The translations under genes were made by a program, and so were the position numbers. Below are positions 35,796 to 43,725 of a stretch of 64,000 nucleotides of DNA, in pieces. Positions within the stretch are counted from its first letter, which is position 1; each line of letters opens with the position of its first letter. Under the pieces are notes generated by a model. The model was not told where the DNA came from. It saw only the letters and a list, made by a program, of their open reading frames with translations, and searched no databases. Source of the DNA: an uncultured Candidatus Saccharibacteria bacterium (lineage in GTDB: Bacteria > Patescibacteriota > Saccharimonadia > Saccharimonadales > JACDBH01); assembly GCA_964431415.1 (NCBI GenBank), contig CAYSJS010000006.1, positions 252-64,251 on the forward strand, read 5' to 3'.

Positions 35796-36380
35796 ATGGC
35801 AAACGACCAGTTTAATGATCACGAACTTGCGGTATTGCTGCGGGAGCTCCAGAAGGTGCGGGGTCGCTCGGTAGAGGGTGATGTGGTTGAGCTGGGATGT
35901 TATAAGGGCCTAACATCGCTGCATATTCAGGAAGAGCTAGTTAAAAATTCTCCAGCCAAGCGGCTGTACCTGTACGATTCGTTTAGTGGTTTACCAGAAA
36001 AGCGAGCGGATGATGCAAGCCCGGCCGGGACACAGTTTAAAGCAGGTGAGCTACCCGCGAGTAAAAAGGACGTTATACGTATTTTTAAACAAAGCGGGCT
36101 GCCCATGCCCTATATACGCAAGGCATGGTTTAGTGAACTTACCCCAAGCAACCTACCGGAGCGCATTGCACTAGCCTTTTTGGATGGGGATTTTTACGAG
36201 TCGATCATGGACAGCCTGAAACTAGTGTGGCCAAAGCTCGCCCCAGGAGCGGTGGTAGTGGTGGACGATTATCAAAACGAACAGCTCCCTGGCGCCGCTA
36301 AGGCGGTAGACGAATGGCTGAAGACGCATCCAGCTCAACTCGCTATAGAGGCGAGTCTCGCCATTATTCGCCTAATATAG
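35796..36380 (+). CDS. TylF/MycF-like class I SAM-dependent methyltransferase
   Basis: GDVVELGCYKGLTS, YLYDSFSGLPE, FLDGDFYES, and VVVVDDY follow the macrocin-O-methyltransferase family. Confidence 0.7.
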   Translation: MANDQFNDHELAVLLRELQKVRGRSVEGDVVELGCYKGLTSLHIQEELVKNSPAKRLYLYDSFSGLPEKRADDASPAGTQFKAGELPASKKDVIRIFKQSGLPMPYIRKAWFSELTPSNLPERIALAFLDGDFYESIMDSLKLVWPKLAPGAVVVVDDYQNEQLPGAAKAVDEWLKTHPAQLAIEASLAIIRLI

Positions 36381-36768
36381 CGTTTAGTTTCTTTGCTTTA
36401 GTTTCCGCAACCGGCATGACACTGAGGCGGGACTGCCTAACGAGTGCAAAGTCTAAAAATGCCGGGTCGTTTTTAATCACTGCAAGCGTAAGCGGCGCAG
36501 TGTATTTTTTTATAAACTTCATTTTTACGGCCCAGCTTTTTCTGGGGTCGGCGGTATTTTCAAACGGCTCGCTGGTAACTTCGGCGAGTCCGACAATCGC
36601 TTTTGTCGTCATTGACTCGTAGATGAATACCTTGTCACCTGGCTGCATCTGACGAATAAACAGCAGTGCGGCGTTATTGTGTACGCCGTCCCATAACGTT
36701 TCGCCTTCTTTTGCAAAATCATCGATGCTATAGGTGTCCGGGTCTGTTTTTGCTAAAAACCACCGCAT
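36364..36768 (-). CDS. EVE (PUA-like) domain protein
   Basis: MRWFLAKTDPDTYSIDDFAKEGETLWDGVHNNAALLFIRQMQPGDKVFIYES...SRLSVMPV. Trimmed from the 241-aa track ORF to the ATG at 36768. Confidence 0.85.
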   Translation of the reverse strand: MRWFLAKTDPDTYSIDDFAKEGETLWDGVHNNAALLFIRQMQPGDKVFIYESMTTKAIVGLAEVTSEPFENTADPRKSWAVKMKFIKKYTAPLTLAVIKNDPAFLDFALVRQSRLSVMPVAETKAKKLNAILGE

Positions 36769-36843
36769 TGTTCGATATCCTTTCTTGAGTAAGGTATTTA
36801 GTTTGTTCTCAAATATTGCAACTAACGGGTATAGTATATAGGA

Positions 36844-37764
36844 ATGATACGGATATATTTTAGCAATCGTAACGCGAAAATGAGCGAACTCAAAGAGCCG
36901 CGCAACGGTTGTTTGGTATATGTCGAAAATCCAACTGAAAACGAGCTGACTACGCTTGCGAACGGGCACGGGCTCGATATCGATCTTTTGCGTGACGGCC
37001 TGGACCAAAACGAGGCGCCGCGTATAGACACCTGGGCTGAGCGTACATATATTTTTACACGGTTTGTGCTGCCGGAGTCCGAAAAGCAAACCACGAGCCC
37101 CGTTCTTATTATCTATGGACTATCGATGGTGTATGTGGTGAGCCGTGAACCATTTGCCGAGCTGCAAAAAATTATTAGAAAAACAGGGATAACTACAACA
37201 AAACGTACCCAGGTAATGCTGCAGATACTTAACCAGATAAATGCCGGCTATAAGAGCCGCATCAACAGTGTGGCAAAGCGTATGTGGTCGGTTCGGTCAC
37301 AGCTTAACAAAGCGCACATCGACAACAAGGACTTTATTCACTTCATCGACATGGAAGAAGATCTAAACGACTTTTTGTCGGCGCTTGAACCGATGAATAC
37401 CCAGCTTAACTATCTGCTTACCGGTAAATATATAAAACTATACGAAGACGACAAGGACCTGATAGAAGATGTCGAATTGGGCAGCCACGAGCTCATTAGT
37501 CTTGCCAATAGCCAGCTTAAAACAATCCGCAATATCCGTGAGGCGTATAGCACGATTACGGCAAATAATTTAAACAAAGTCTTTAAGCTGATGACGAGCA
37601 TTACTATACTCATGGGTATTTTTACGCTTATAACCGGTATATACAGCATGAACATCGCACTGCCGGCGGCGCACAACCCAAACGCTTTTTGGATAATCAT
37701 CGGTATCACCACCACGCTTATTACGGTCGTATCACTTATGTTTAAAAAGAAGCGGTGGTTTTAA
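36844..37764 (+). CDS. CorA-family divalent cation transporter with the variant pore motif YSMN
   Basis: CorA-like soluble domain plus 2 C-terminal TM helices. ITGIYSMNIALP sits where CorA has YGMNF. An alternative start exists at 36880 (MSELKEP). Confidence 0.7.
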   Translation: MIRIYFSNRNAKMSELKEPRNGCLVYVENPTENELTTLANGHGLDIDLLRDGLDQNEAPRIDTWAERTYIFTRFVLPESEKQTTSPVLIIYGLSMVYVVSREPFAELQKIIRKTGITTTKRTQVMLQILNQINAGYKSRINSVAKRMWSVRSQLNKAHIDNKDFIHFIDMEEDLNDFLSALEPMNTQLNYLLTGKYIKLYEDDKDLIEDVELGSHELISLANSQLKTIRNIREAYSTITANNLNKVFKLMTSITILMGIFTLITGIYSMNIALPAAHNPNAFWIIIGITTTLITVVSLMFKKKRWF

Positions 37765-37767
37765 TCT

Positions 37768-38607
37768 ATGTGGCCTATAATCCAAGCGATTATTCTAGGG
37801 ATTGTTGAAGGTTTTACGGAATTTTTGCCCATTTCTAGCACCGGGCACTTGATCGTAGCGCAGGACTTGATTGGGTATAAAGACACGGCTGAGCTTTTTA
37901 CCGTTGTTATACAAGTGGGTGCGATTGCTGCGGTAATGTGGCACTACCGCGGGGATCTGTTTAAAAGAATTTCAGCATTATTTAGCGGTAAAAAAGGTAG
38001 TGTTCGTTTTTGGCTCAACCTCGTTATTGCGGTTATTCCGGCAGGGTTGGTTGGGGTATTGTTTGACTCGTCAGTGCAGAAGTATTCACGTCCAAGTACC
38101 ATCGCCATTGCCTTAATACTGGGCGGATTTGTCCTGTGGTTTGTAGAAGACAAAAGACAACGCTCAGAAGCGGACAGGCCGCGGCAGATGAACAGGCACT
38201 CCGAAGCAGCGCTGGATGCCATTACTTCCAAACAAGCGCTCGGCGTTGGTGTGGCGCAGGTGTTCTCGCTTGTGCCGGGCGTATCACGTTCTGGCTCCAC
38301 AATTGTCGGTGGCTTGGTTGCTGGGCTAGACCGGGTTACGGCAACGGCATTTTCGTTTTACTTAAGCATCCCGGTGATGATACTCGCTTCCGGGTATAAG
38401 ATCATTAAAGAAAGAAGCGTTATCTCCCAGCTTCCCGGAGGTAGTCCGGCCCTTATCGCCGGAACGGTCACGGCATTTATTACGGCGCTTTTTGCGGTTT
38501 CTTGGCTGCTTAGCTATGTTTCTCGTCACACGTTTAAAAGTTTTGCGTATTACCGGGTAGTGTTTGGGGTTGTCATTCTTTTCCTGCTCGCCGTAAACAT
38601 ACTGTAA
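37768..38607 (+). CDS. uppP: Undecaprenyl-diphosphate phosphatase
   Basis: EGFTEFLPISSTGHL and PGVSRSGSTI motifs, 8 TM segments. Confidence 0.9.
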   Translation: MWPIIQAIILGIVEGFTEFLPISSTGHLIVAQDLIGYKDTAELFTVVIQVGAIAAVMWHYRGDLFKRISALFSGKKGSVRFWLNLVIAVIPAGLVGVLFDSSVQKYSRPSTIAIALILGGFVLWFVEDKRQRSEADRPRQMNRHSEAALDAITSKQALGVGVAQVFSLVPGVSRSGSTIVGGLVAGLDRVTATAFSFYLSIPVMILASGYKIIKERSVISQLPGGSPALIAGTVTAFITALFAVSWLLSYVSRHTFKSFAYYRVVFGVVILFLLAVNIL

Positions 38608-38689
38608 AACGCGGTTTTCTTAACAACGGTACCGGCCAGAGAGGTGAGCTTTTATTACGCTATAGGTTGTGGAAAAACAGTGCAAATTA

Positions 38690-38900
38690 CACTACGGGTA
38701 GCGGTTAAGCGCCGTGCTACACTGGGAGTACTTAACAATCAAAGCTGGAATCTGGTGTAAATCCAGAACTGTGCCGCAACGGTAATCTATCGAGGAAAAA
38801 ATAGAGAGTCCGATCTAGCTACTTTTAAGACTTCCGAGCAGGAGCATTGAGTCATATGATTTTACAGCCTGCACCCGGAAGTCACCCGAGCAGGTTTTTT
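38690..38900 (+). promoter_or_regulatory. Structured 5' leader with a cobalamin-riboswitch-like core
   Basis: 38741-38786 AAAGCTGGAATCTGGTGTAAATCCAGAACTGTGCCGCAACGGTAA resembles the conserved core AAGGGAA..GGUG..AAUCC....C.G..CCCGC.ACUGUAA. Downstream, CTTCCGAGCAGG (38831-42) and CCTGCACCCGGAAG (38868-81) can pair, as an alternative to CCTGC/GCAGG plus TTTTTT, which abuts the ATG. Confidence 0.4.
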
Positions 38901-38902
38901 AT

Positions 38903-40222
38903 ATGTCTGAATTAGTTATCAATGATCATAGAAGTGAGGGCCGAAAGATATTTGATATGTCCTCAAGTGTCATGTTGCTGCGACATGACCTAGAGCAAAA
39001 TGGGGCTGTGCATCCCGAAACGGTACAGCGTGTTTTTGATGAGGAAATGACATATTTAGCTGAAGGCGTGAATCGATCTTTATATACTAAATTTGAGCTT
39101 AAGCCCGTAGACGGCAGGCTCGCGTACTTTGATAAAGGCAGGTGGCGACCATATGTTGGAACACTTGAGAGGGCGGTTGGAGTTGCTCGCGCCGACGCCT
39201 CGAAAGACTATCGAAAAGAGTTTTTAGTGGATATGTGCGTTACTGATCTAACGATTGGTCTTACGCTCGAGAGGCTTGAAAGGGGTAAAAAATTTAGTTG
39301 GTTTTCGCCATATCCTCGAGTTATTGAAGAAAGATATGGAAAAGAATTCGTAGGTGATAGTGGCTTCCAGCCTGAGCGTGCAATGGGGTTTTTATATCAA
39401 GCGACAAAGAATTTAGACGGGAGCTTAACACTCGAAACTCAGTCGGTCGACAATAGTGACGACGAAGCTTTCAAATGTGCTATGTATGAGGCGGATCAAG
39501 CAGAACAGAAAACTATTAGTGATATGCGCGCCGCATATGATAGGACGCTAGCGGAAAAGTATGGCGGAATTTATTTTGCTGGCAGAAAAGTGAGACCAGG
39601 CATGAAAAATGAAAACGCATGGGATTTGATCAGAGAACACTCTGACTTGCTTAACTATTTCATGCAAGGCATACAAGACTTAGCAGCCGCCTTTCATCTT
39701 GACAAGGAACAGGTTGAGACTGAAAAGAAGTTACTGACGTATGGTGTGTGGGCGGCGCTGAAGCAAAGGCTTGACGCTTCAAAGCTGCCAGCAGGACAGC
39801 GTGGCGCAACAGTTGGATATCCTGTGGAGTATATACATTTAGAGGTCCAACAAGCCTTTAGAGAATATAGCGAAAGAGGCGAAGTCCTCGTGGGGTGCGG
39901 AGGCTCGATCAAGGGCGTTCGTGACGCTATCAGAGACAGTGATCCGCAAGACGTATTTAATGATATTTTCGGTGAGGATGGTAAGGATAAGTGGGTATGG
40001 AAAAAAGGTGTGTGTCGGGTTGACGCTTGTCCAACTCGTCCTGGGCAAACAGAGGTTGGGCCCTGTGCGGTGTGCAGGAACTGTCAGCACTGGTTTGATA
40101 AAGGGCACGACCCGCAAAAACTGTATCGCGGTTTACGGCTTGCTGCTCAAGATGCGGTTACGACAAAGACAAAGAACAACAGCAAGACAACAAAGGTAAA
40201 AAAGAAAGTTGAAACAGTATGA
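38903..40222 (+). CDS. Hypothetical protein (439 aa) with a C-terminal Cys cluster (zinc-ribbon-like) and a Lys-rich tail
   Basis: Long ORF ending in CRVDACPTRPGQTEVGPCAVCRNCQHW. No family recognised. Confidence 0.6.
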   Translation: MSELVINDHRSEGRKIFDMSSSVMLLRHDLEQNGAVHPETVQRVFDEEMTYLAEGVNRSLYTKFELKPVDGRLAYFDKGRWRPYVGTLERAVGVARADASKDYRKEFLVDMCVTDLTIGLTLERLERGKKFSWFSPYPRVIEERYGKEFVGDSGFQPERAMGFLYQATKNLDGSLTLETQSVDNSDDEAFKCAMYEADQAEQKTISDMRAAYDRTLAEKYGGIYFAGRKVRPGMKNENAWDLIREHSDLLNYFMQGIQDLAAAFHLDKEQVETEKKLLTYGVWAALKQRLDASKLPAGQRGATVGYPVEYIHLEVQQAFREYSERGEVLVGCGGSIKGVRDAIRDSDPQDVFNDIFGEDGKDKWVWKKGVCRVDACPTRPGQTEVGPCAVCRNCQHWFDKGHDPQKLYRGLRLAAQDAVTTKTKNNSKTTKVKKKVETV

Positions 40223-40419
40223 GCGGGCTAACAAAAGAGCAATACGAAAAGCAGGCAGCGCAGTGTGACGGACTGTGTGAAGTACCCGTGTCGTCACAGC
40301 AGGAAGCTGCCAGTGAGCTGCCCTGCGTGAAGTGCCCTTTTTGTCATGAGATAGTAACGGCCCGGCTGACGCCTACGACCATTAGCTGCCCGGCATGCAA
40401 AATAACCGTTTCGAGGTAA
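40219..40419 (+). CDS. Zinc-ribbon mini-protein (66 aa)
   Basis: CVKCPFC...CPAC. Its start overlaps the upstream stop (ATGA). Confidence 0.5.
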   Translation: MSGLTKEQYEKQAAQCDGLCEVPVSSQQEAASELPCVKCPFCHEIVTARLTPTTISCPACKITVSR

Positions 40420-40428
40420 ACTACTATA

Positions 40429-40599
40429 ATGGCATCCGAAGAAGAAACGATATATCAGGAAATGGTGAAAGAAAAGTCTCCAGAATTTTACTGCGACAAC
40501 TGCGACTTTTACCCCATCGTTCCGGTCCACGGGCATTTTGAATGTCCGCAGTGCCACTACAAAAGCAAATGCTGCGAAGGAATGGCGCTGGATGCGTAG
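40429..40599 (+). CDS. Zinc-ribbon mini-protein (56 aa), below the size cutoff of the ORF track
   Basis: Manual translation: MASEEETIYQEMVKEKSPEFYCDNCDFYPIVPVHGHFECPQCHYKSKCCEGMALDA*. The last 11 codons form repeat copy 1. Confidence 0.4.
   Translation: MASEEETIYQEMVKEKSPEFYCDNCDFYPIVPVHGHFECPQCHYKSKCCEGMALDA
40567..40599 (+). repeat. 33-bp perfect direct repeat, copy 1 (AAATGCTGCGAAGGAATGGCGCTGGATGCGTAG)
   Basis: Identical to 40783-40815. Confidence 0.9.
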
Positions 40600-40782
40600 C
40601 ATGTACTGTCTTTGGGGAGAGCAGCCCGAGCAATCCGGCCTTGCCGGTTCTCGGCGCGATGAGAGGGTGAAAAATGCCAGTGGCATTTTGCAAGGCCGCA
40701 GCCGCGACGGTGGCGAGGAGGGCCCGACCAAGTTTTCAGCAGAAAACTACGGGTGGGTTTCCCCCTCTCATAAGCGAAGCGA
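40600..40782. other. GC-rich 183-nt multi-hairpin element between the 33-bp repeats (candidate structured RNA or small inserted element)
   Basis: Closing helix ATGAGAGGG (40660-40668)/CCCTCTCAT (40764-40772). Internal hairpins: CCGAG..CCGGC-CTT-GCCGG..CTCGG, AAAATGCC-AGT-GGCATTTT, AGTTTTC-AGCA-GAAAACT. Overlapping ORFs occur in several frames, which is typical of non-coding GC-rich DNA. Confidence 0.3.
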
Positions 40783-40815
40783 AAATGCTGCGAAGGAATG
40801 GCGCTGGATGCGTAG
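40783..40815 (+). repeat. 33-bp perfect direct repeat, copy 2
   Basis: Identical to 40567-40599. Confidence 0.9.
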
Positions 40816-40875
40816 ACATCAAGTAACACGTATCAAATATCATGTATCAAATAGTAAATATCAGGCATTTTCTTC

Positions 40876-41469
40876 ATGAAGCGTATTGGTATACTTGCCG
40901 GCACGTTTGACCCGGTGCATAAGGGGCACCTGAGTTTTGCGATGCAAGCAGCCGAAAAAGCAGGGCTTGATGCGGTGTATCTAATCCCCGAACCGAAACC
41001 ACGGTACAAAGGCGATACAACCCACATTAGCCACCGAACGGCCATGCTTCACTTAGCGGTTGAAGGCTATTCAAAAATAAAAGTATTAGAACTGCCGGAC
41101 AAACAGTTTTTAGTTGCTACTACCTTGCCGCGGCTTAAACAACAATTTCCCAATACGGAGCTAGTCATGCTTGTAGGCATAGATGTACTTGCCCACATGT
41201 CGGTGTGGCCGCACATACGCACTCTTTTAAAGGACATGGGCCTGGTGGTTGCTGTTCGGGGCGACAAAGACGAGCGGCATGCCTTTCAGCTGCTGGCTCG
41301 TTTGCCGGTTGAGCCACGCGAAGCGCATGTGCTGATAAGCAATTATAAAATGGTTGCCGCACGCGAGATCCGTAGCGCCTTAAAGACTAAAAGTGAGCCT
41401 GAGGGCATGCTTGGAAGCGTAAAAAAGTACATAAAAGATAACTGGCTCTACCAAGGAATCATTAAGTAG
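40876..41469 (+). CDS. nadD: Nicotinate-nucleotide adenylyltransferase
   Basis: GILAGTFDPVHKGHL (the HxGH-type motif of cytidylyltransferase-fold NMNAT/NaMNAT enzymes), 197 aa. Confidence 0.8.
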   Translation: MKRIGILAGTFDPVHKGHLSFAMQAAEKAGLDAVYLIPEPKPRYKGDTTHISHRTAMLHLAVEGYSKIKVLELPDKQFLVATTLPRLKQQFPNTELVMLVGIDVLAHMSVWPHIRTLLKDMGLVVAVRGDKDERHAFQLLARLPVEPREAHVLISNYKMVAAREIRSALKTKSEPEGMLGSVKKYIKDNWLYQGIIK

Positions 41470-41474
41470 AGTTT

Positions 41475-43172
41475 TCAGGATTCGCTTGAACCGGCAAAAA
41501 GGTCATAGTGTGACTGCAGATATGCCAGATGTTTTTCGCGGTATTTTTTAAATTCAGTTTTATTGAAACCGTTCTTTTTTATAAAAGAGCCAATTTTCTC
41601 TGAGCCGATGTAATGCGGCAAGATAACGTATGCAACTCCTTTACCATACAGCTCGGCTGCTTCTTCGCTCGTGTCGGCGGTAGCGATAAAAACCGCTTTA
41701 GGATTGTTTTTCTCCAGCCACTCAGCAAGGAGAGTGTTGGTGTTCATGTCGGTTATTGTGGATACCACCAGCCGAGACTTTTCGAGGTTCAACTCTTCTA
41801 GTAGCTCCGGATCAGTGACATCGCCGTACAGGTATTCGGCTCCCTGGTTTTCCAGACTGTCAATAATGATTGGATCGTAATCTACTACTACGTAGCGTTT
41901 CTTGAGCTGCTTGAATACCTTTAAAAACTCTCTGCCGCCTTTTTGGTAGCCTATAAGTACAAGCTCGTAGTTGCGGCGTATTTCCCGGGACTCTTTAGCC
42001 TTTCTCTGCTCAAACAATTCGAGGTATTTTTCAAAAAATATGTACAGTTTGTCTGAGTAGATAATTAGGTATGTCGAAATACCTATAGTTAGTAAGCCGA
42101 CCACGGTCATAAGCGACAAAACCTCCTGCGAAACATGGCCCAACTTATTTGCAAGCAGCAAAAGGATAAGCGAGAATTCGCTTACCTGTGTGCCCAGTAG
42201 ACCGGTTTTAAAGCTTGTTTTCTTTGTGTAGCCGCTCAGGCCCATAATGGTCATCACAATAAGCGGGTTGCCAAACAGGACCAAAACCGAAAGGATGGCG
42301 GCCTTTGGCATGATGCTCCACAAGTTATGGAGTTCCAGGTGTGAGCCAAGGCCTATAAAGAAAAGCACGATAAAGAAATCTCGCAGAATTTTGAGCCGAG
42401 AGGCTATTTCCTGTGCGTAAGGGAGGGAGGCAAGGGTGACTCCGGCAATAAGGGCGCCGATCTCTAGACTAAAACCGGCATTCTGAAACAGAGAAGCGAT
42501 GCCTAAGGCCCAGCCGATTGCAAACAAAAAAAGGAACTCCTGAGACTTGGCAATAATGCTCCCCATACGATTGATTATAAAAACACGCACGAGGACGATG
42601 CCGGTTATGAGGCCAATGCATTTCAGTATAAGACCGGCGAAGTCCGAAAATGTTACGCCGCCGCTCCCGGATGCCGAAACGGCGACCAGAAGAATGGTGG
42701 CAACCAGGTCCTCGGCAAGAAGGAAGCCGATAGATATCTTGCCGTATAATCTCGACTGTTCCTTTTTATCACTCAGAAGCTTGAGGATGATGATGGTACT
42801 AGAAAACGAGAGAGCTACACCAATAAGCAGCGAGGGGACAATCTCATATCCAAACAGCCGCGATACAGCAAAGCCAAATAGCGTAGTGATGCCAATCTTG
42901 CCGACGGCAATAATACCGGCAATTTTTCCCACTTCCTTAATAACACGCGGATTAAGGCCTAAGCCCACGATAAGTAACAGAAGGGCGATGCCGAAGTCAG
43001 AAAAAACCTGGATAGTTTCCGGCGACTTAATAAGGTGCAGAAGTGAAGGGCCCACCAGAAGACCTGTCAGTATATGTCCGATTATAAGCGGCTGGCGGAT
43101 AATTCGCATAAACAAGCTCACCAAAACGGCAACCGTTATTACTAGACTGAGCTCGGCGAAAATACTGTGCAT
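41475..43172 (-). CDS. Monovalent cation:proton antiporter (CPA2/Kef-type) with a C-terminal TrkA-N/RCK domain
   Basis: About 11 TM Na+/H+ exchanger-like region followed by LVLIGYQKGGREF...VVVDYD (a Rossmann-type RCK domain). Confidence 0.85.
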   Translation of the reverse strand: MHSIFAELSLVITVAVLVSLFMRIIRQPLIIGHILTGLLVGPSLLHLIKSPETIQVFSDFGIALLLLIVGLGLNPRVIKEVGKIAGIIAVGKIGITTLFGFAVSRLFGYEIVPSLLIGVALSFSSTIIILKLLSDKKEQSRLYGKISIGFLLAEDLVATILLVAVSASGSGGVTFSDFAGLILKCIGLITGIVLVRVFIINRMGSIIAKSQEFLFLFAIGWALGIASLFQNAGFSLEIGALIAGVTLASLPYAQEIASRLKILRDFFIVLFFIGLGSHLELHNLWSIMPKAAILSVLVLFGNPLIVMTIMGLSGYTKKTSFKTGLLGTQVSEFSLILLLLANKLGHVSQEVLSLMTVVGLLTIGISTYLIIYSDKLYIFFEKYLELFEQRKAKESREIRRNYELVLIGYQKGGREFLKVFKQLKKRYVVVDYDPIIIDSLENQGAEYLYGDVTDPELLEELNLEKSRLVVSTITDMNTNTLLAEWLEKNNPKAVFIATADTSEEAAELYGKGVAYVILPHYIGSEKIGSFIKKNGFNKTEFKKYREKHLAYLQSHYDLFAGSSES

Positions 43173-43247
43173 GCGACTTTTCCTTCGTTCCTCTTATTCT
43201 ATATTAGGATAAGCGTAATACGCAAAGATTGGTGCTATGATGGATGC

Positions 43248-43673
43248 ATGAAAGAGCCATTTCGCCGTTTTTCTTCGAGGGTGTCCAGTGCGGCAGGAAA
43301 TGCCTATGCCTTCTTCTTTGCAGTTTGTCTGGTTATTTTTTGGGCACTCAGTGGCTTTCCGTTTCACTTTTCGAACACGTGGCAGCTTTTTATAAATACC
43401 ACGACAACTATCGGCACTTTTTTAATGGTGTTCTTGATTCAAAACACTCAGAACCGCGAAACCAAAGCAACCCAACTCAAGCTAGACGAACTAATTCGGG
43501 CAACAAATGCACGGGATAGTTTTATTGACATCGAGGACCTTACCGATTCCGAGCTAGAGGCAATTAACCAGTATTTTATAGAGATGCATGAACATTTGAG
43601 CAGGCCAGGCATGGATAAGCTGCATCAAAAAATACAGCTCGCTCACCATCGCCGCCAAAAAAGTAAGCAGTAA
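43248..43673 (+). CDS. Low-affinity iron permease family protein
   Basis: FSNTWQLFINTTTTIGTFLMVFLIQNTQNRETKATQLKLDELIRA matches that family. Start trimmed to the ATG at 43248. Confidence 0.65.
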   Translation: MKEPFRRFSSRVSSAAGNAYAFFFAVCLVIFWALSGFPFHFSNTWQLFINTTTTIGTFLMVFLIQNTQNRETKATQLKLDELIRATNARDSFIDIEDLTDSELEAINQYFIEMHEHLSRPGMDKLHQKIQLAHHRRQKSKQ

Positions 43674-43695
43674 ACAAGTTTTTTGATCAATTTGC

Positions 43696-43725
43696 TTGAC
43701 ATCAAGCATAAGCTTTCTATATAGT
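43696..43725 (+). promoter_or_regulatory. Strong-looking orphan promoter (TTGACA-18 nt-TATAGT)
   Basis: TTGACA at 43696-43701 and TATAGT at 43720-43725. No annotated gene lies downstream for about 300 nt. Confidence 0.4.

Noticed and set aside
36769-37089. N-terminal 106-aa extension of the EVE-domain ORF (track 36364-37089) and the 90-aa ORF 36822-37094
   Set aside because: The extension overlaps the CorA-like gene on the other strand and has odd composition. The EVE domain begins at the internal Met (MRWFLAKTDP).
38790-38830. preQ1-I riboswitch-like string TCTAGCTAC
   Set aside because: It shares 9 nt with the loop of the B. subtilis preQ1 aptamer. The required P1 complement and the A-rich tail/pseudoknot arrangement are not present.
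38856-38915. 19-codon upstream ORF (MILQPAPGSHPSRFFICLN*) behind an AGGAG, overlapping the start of the 439-aa gene
   Set aside because: It could be a leader peptide. It lies entirely within the predicted alternative hairpins, though, and there is no evidence that it is translated. It is kept only as a note within the riboswitch hypothesis.
40600-40782. Possible c-di-AMP (ydaO) riboswitch or RNase P fragment
   Set aside because: GGGTGAAAAA, ACGGGTGGG and CTCATAAGCG loosely recall ydaO boxes. However, the hallmark ACCCGACAGCUAAC segment, the paired AAUC boxes and a P1 partner (CGCUU) are all absent. GGGGGAAACCCAC on the minus strand recalls a piece of RNase P RNA, but the element is far too short and lacks GAGGAAAGUCCGGGC.
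40294-40879. Track ORFs of 113 aa (plus strand) and 145, 89 and 90 aa (minus strand) overlapping the repeat-flanked element
   Set aside because: They overlap one another in different frames and are rich in Arg, Trp, Gly and Pro. They exist only because the segment is GC-rich and therefore poor in stop codons. The ANAAKEWRWMR duplication in the 113-aa ORF is simply the 33-bp DNA repeat read in another frame.
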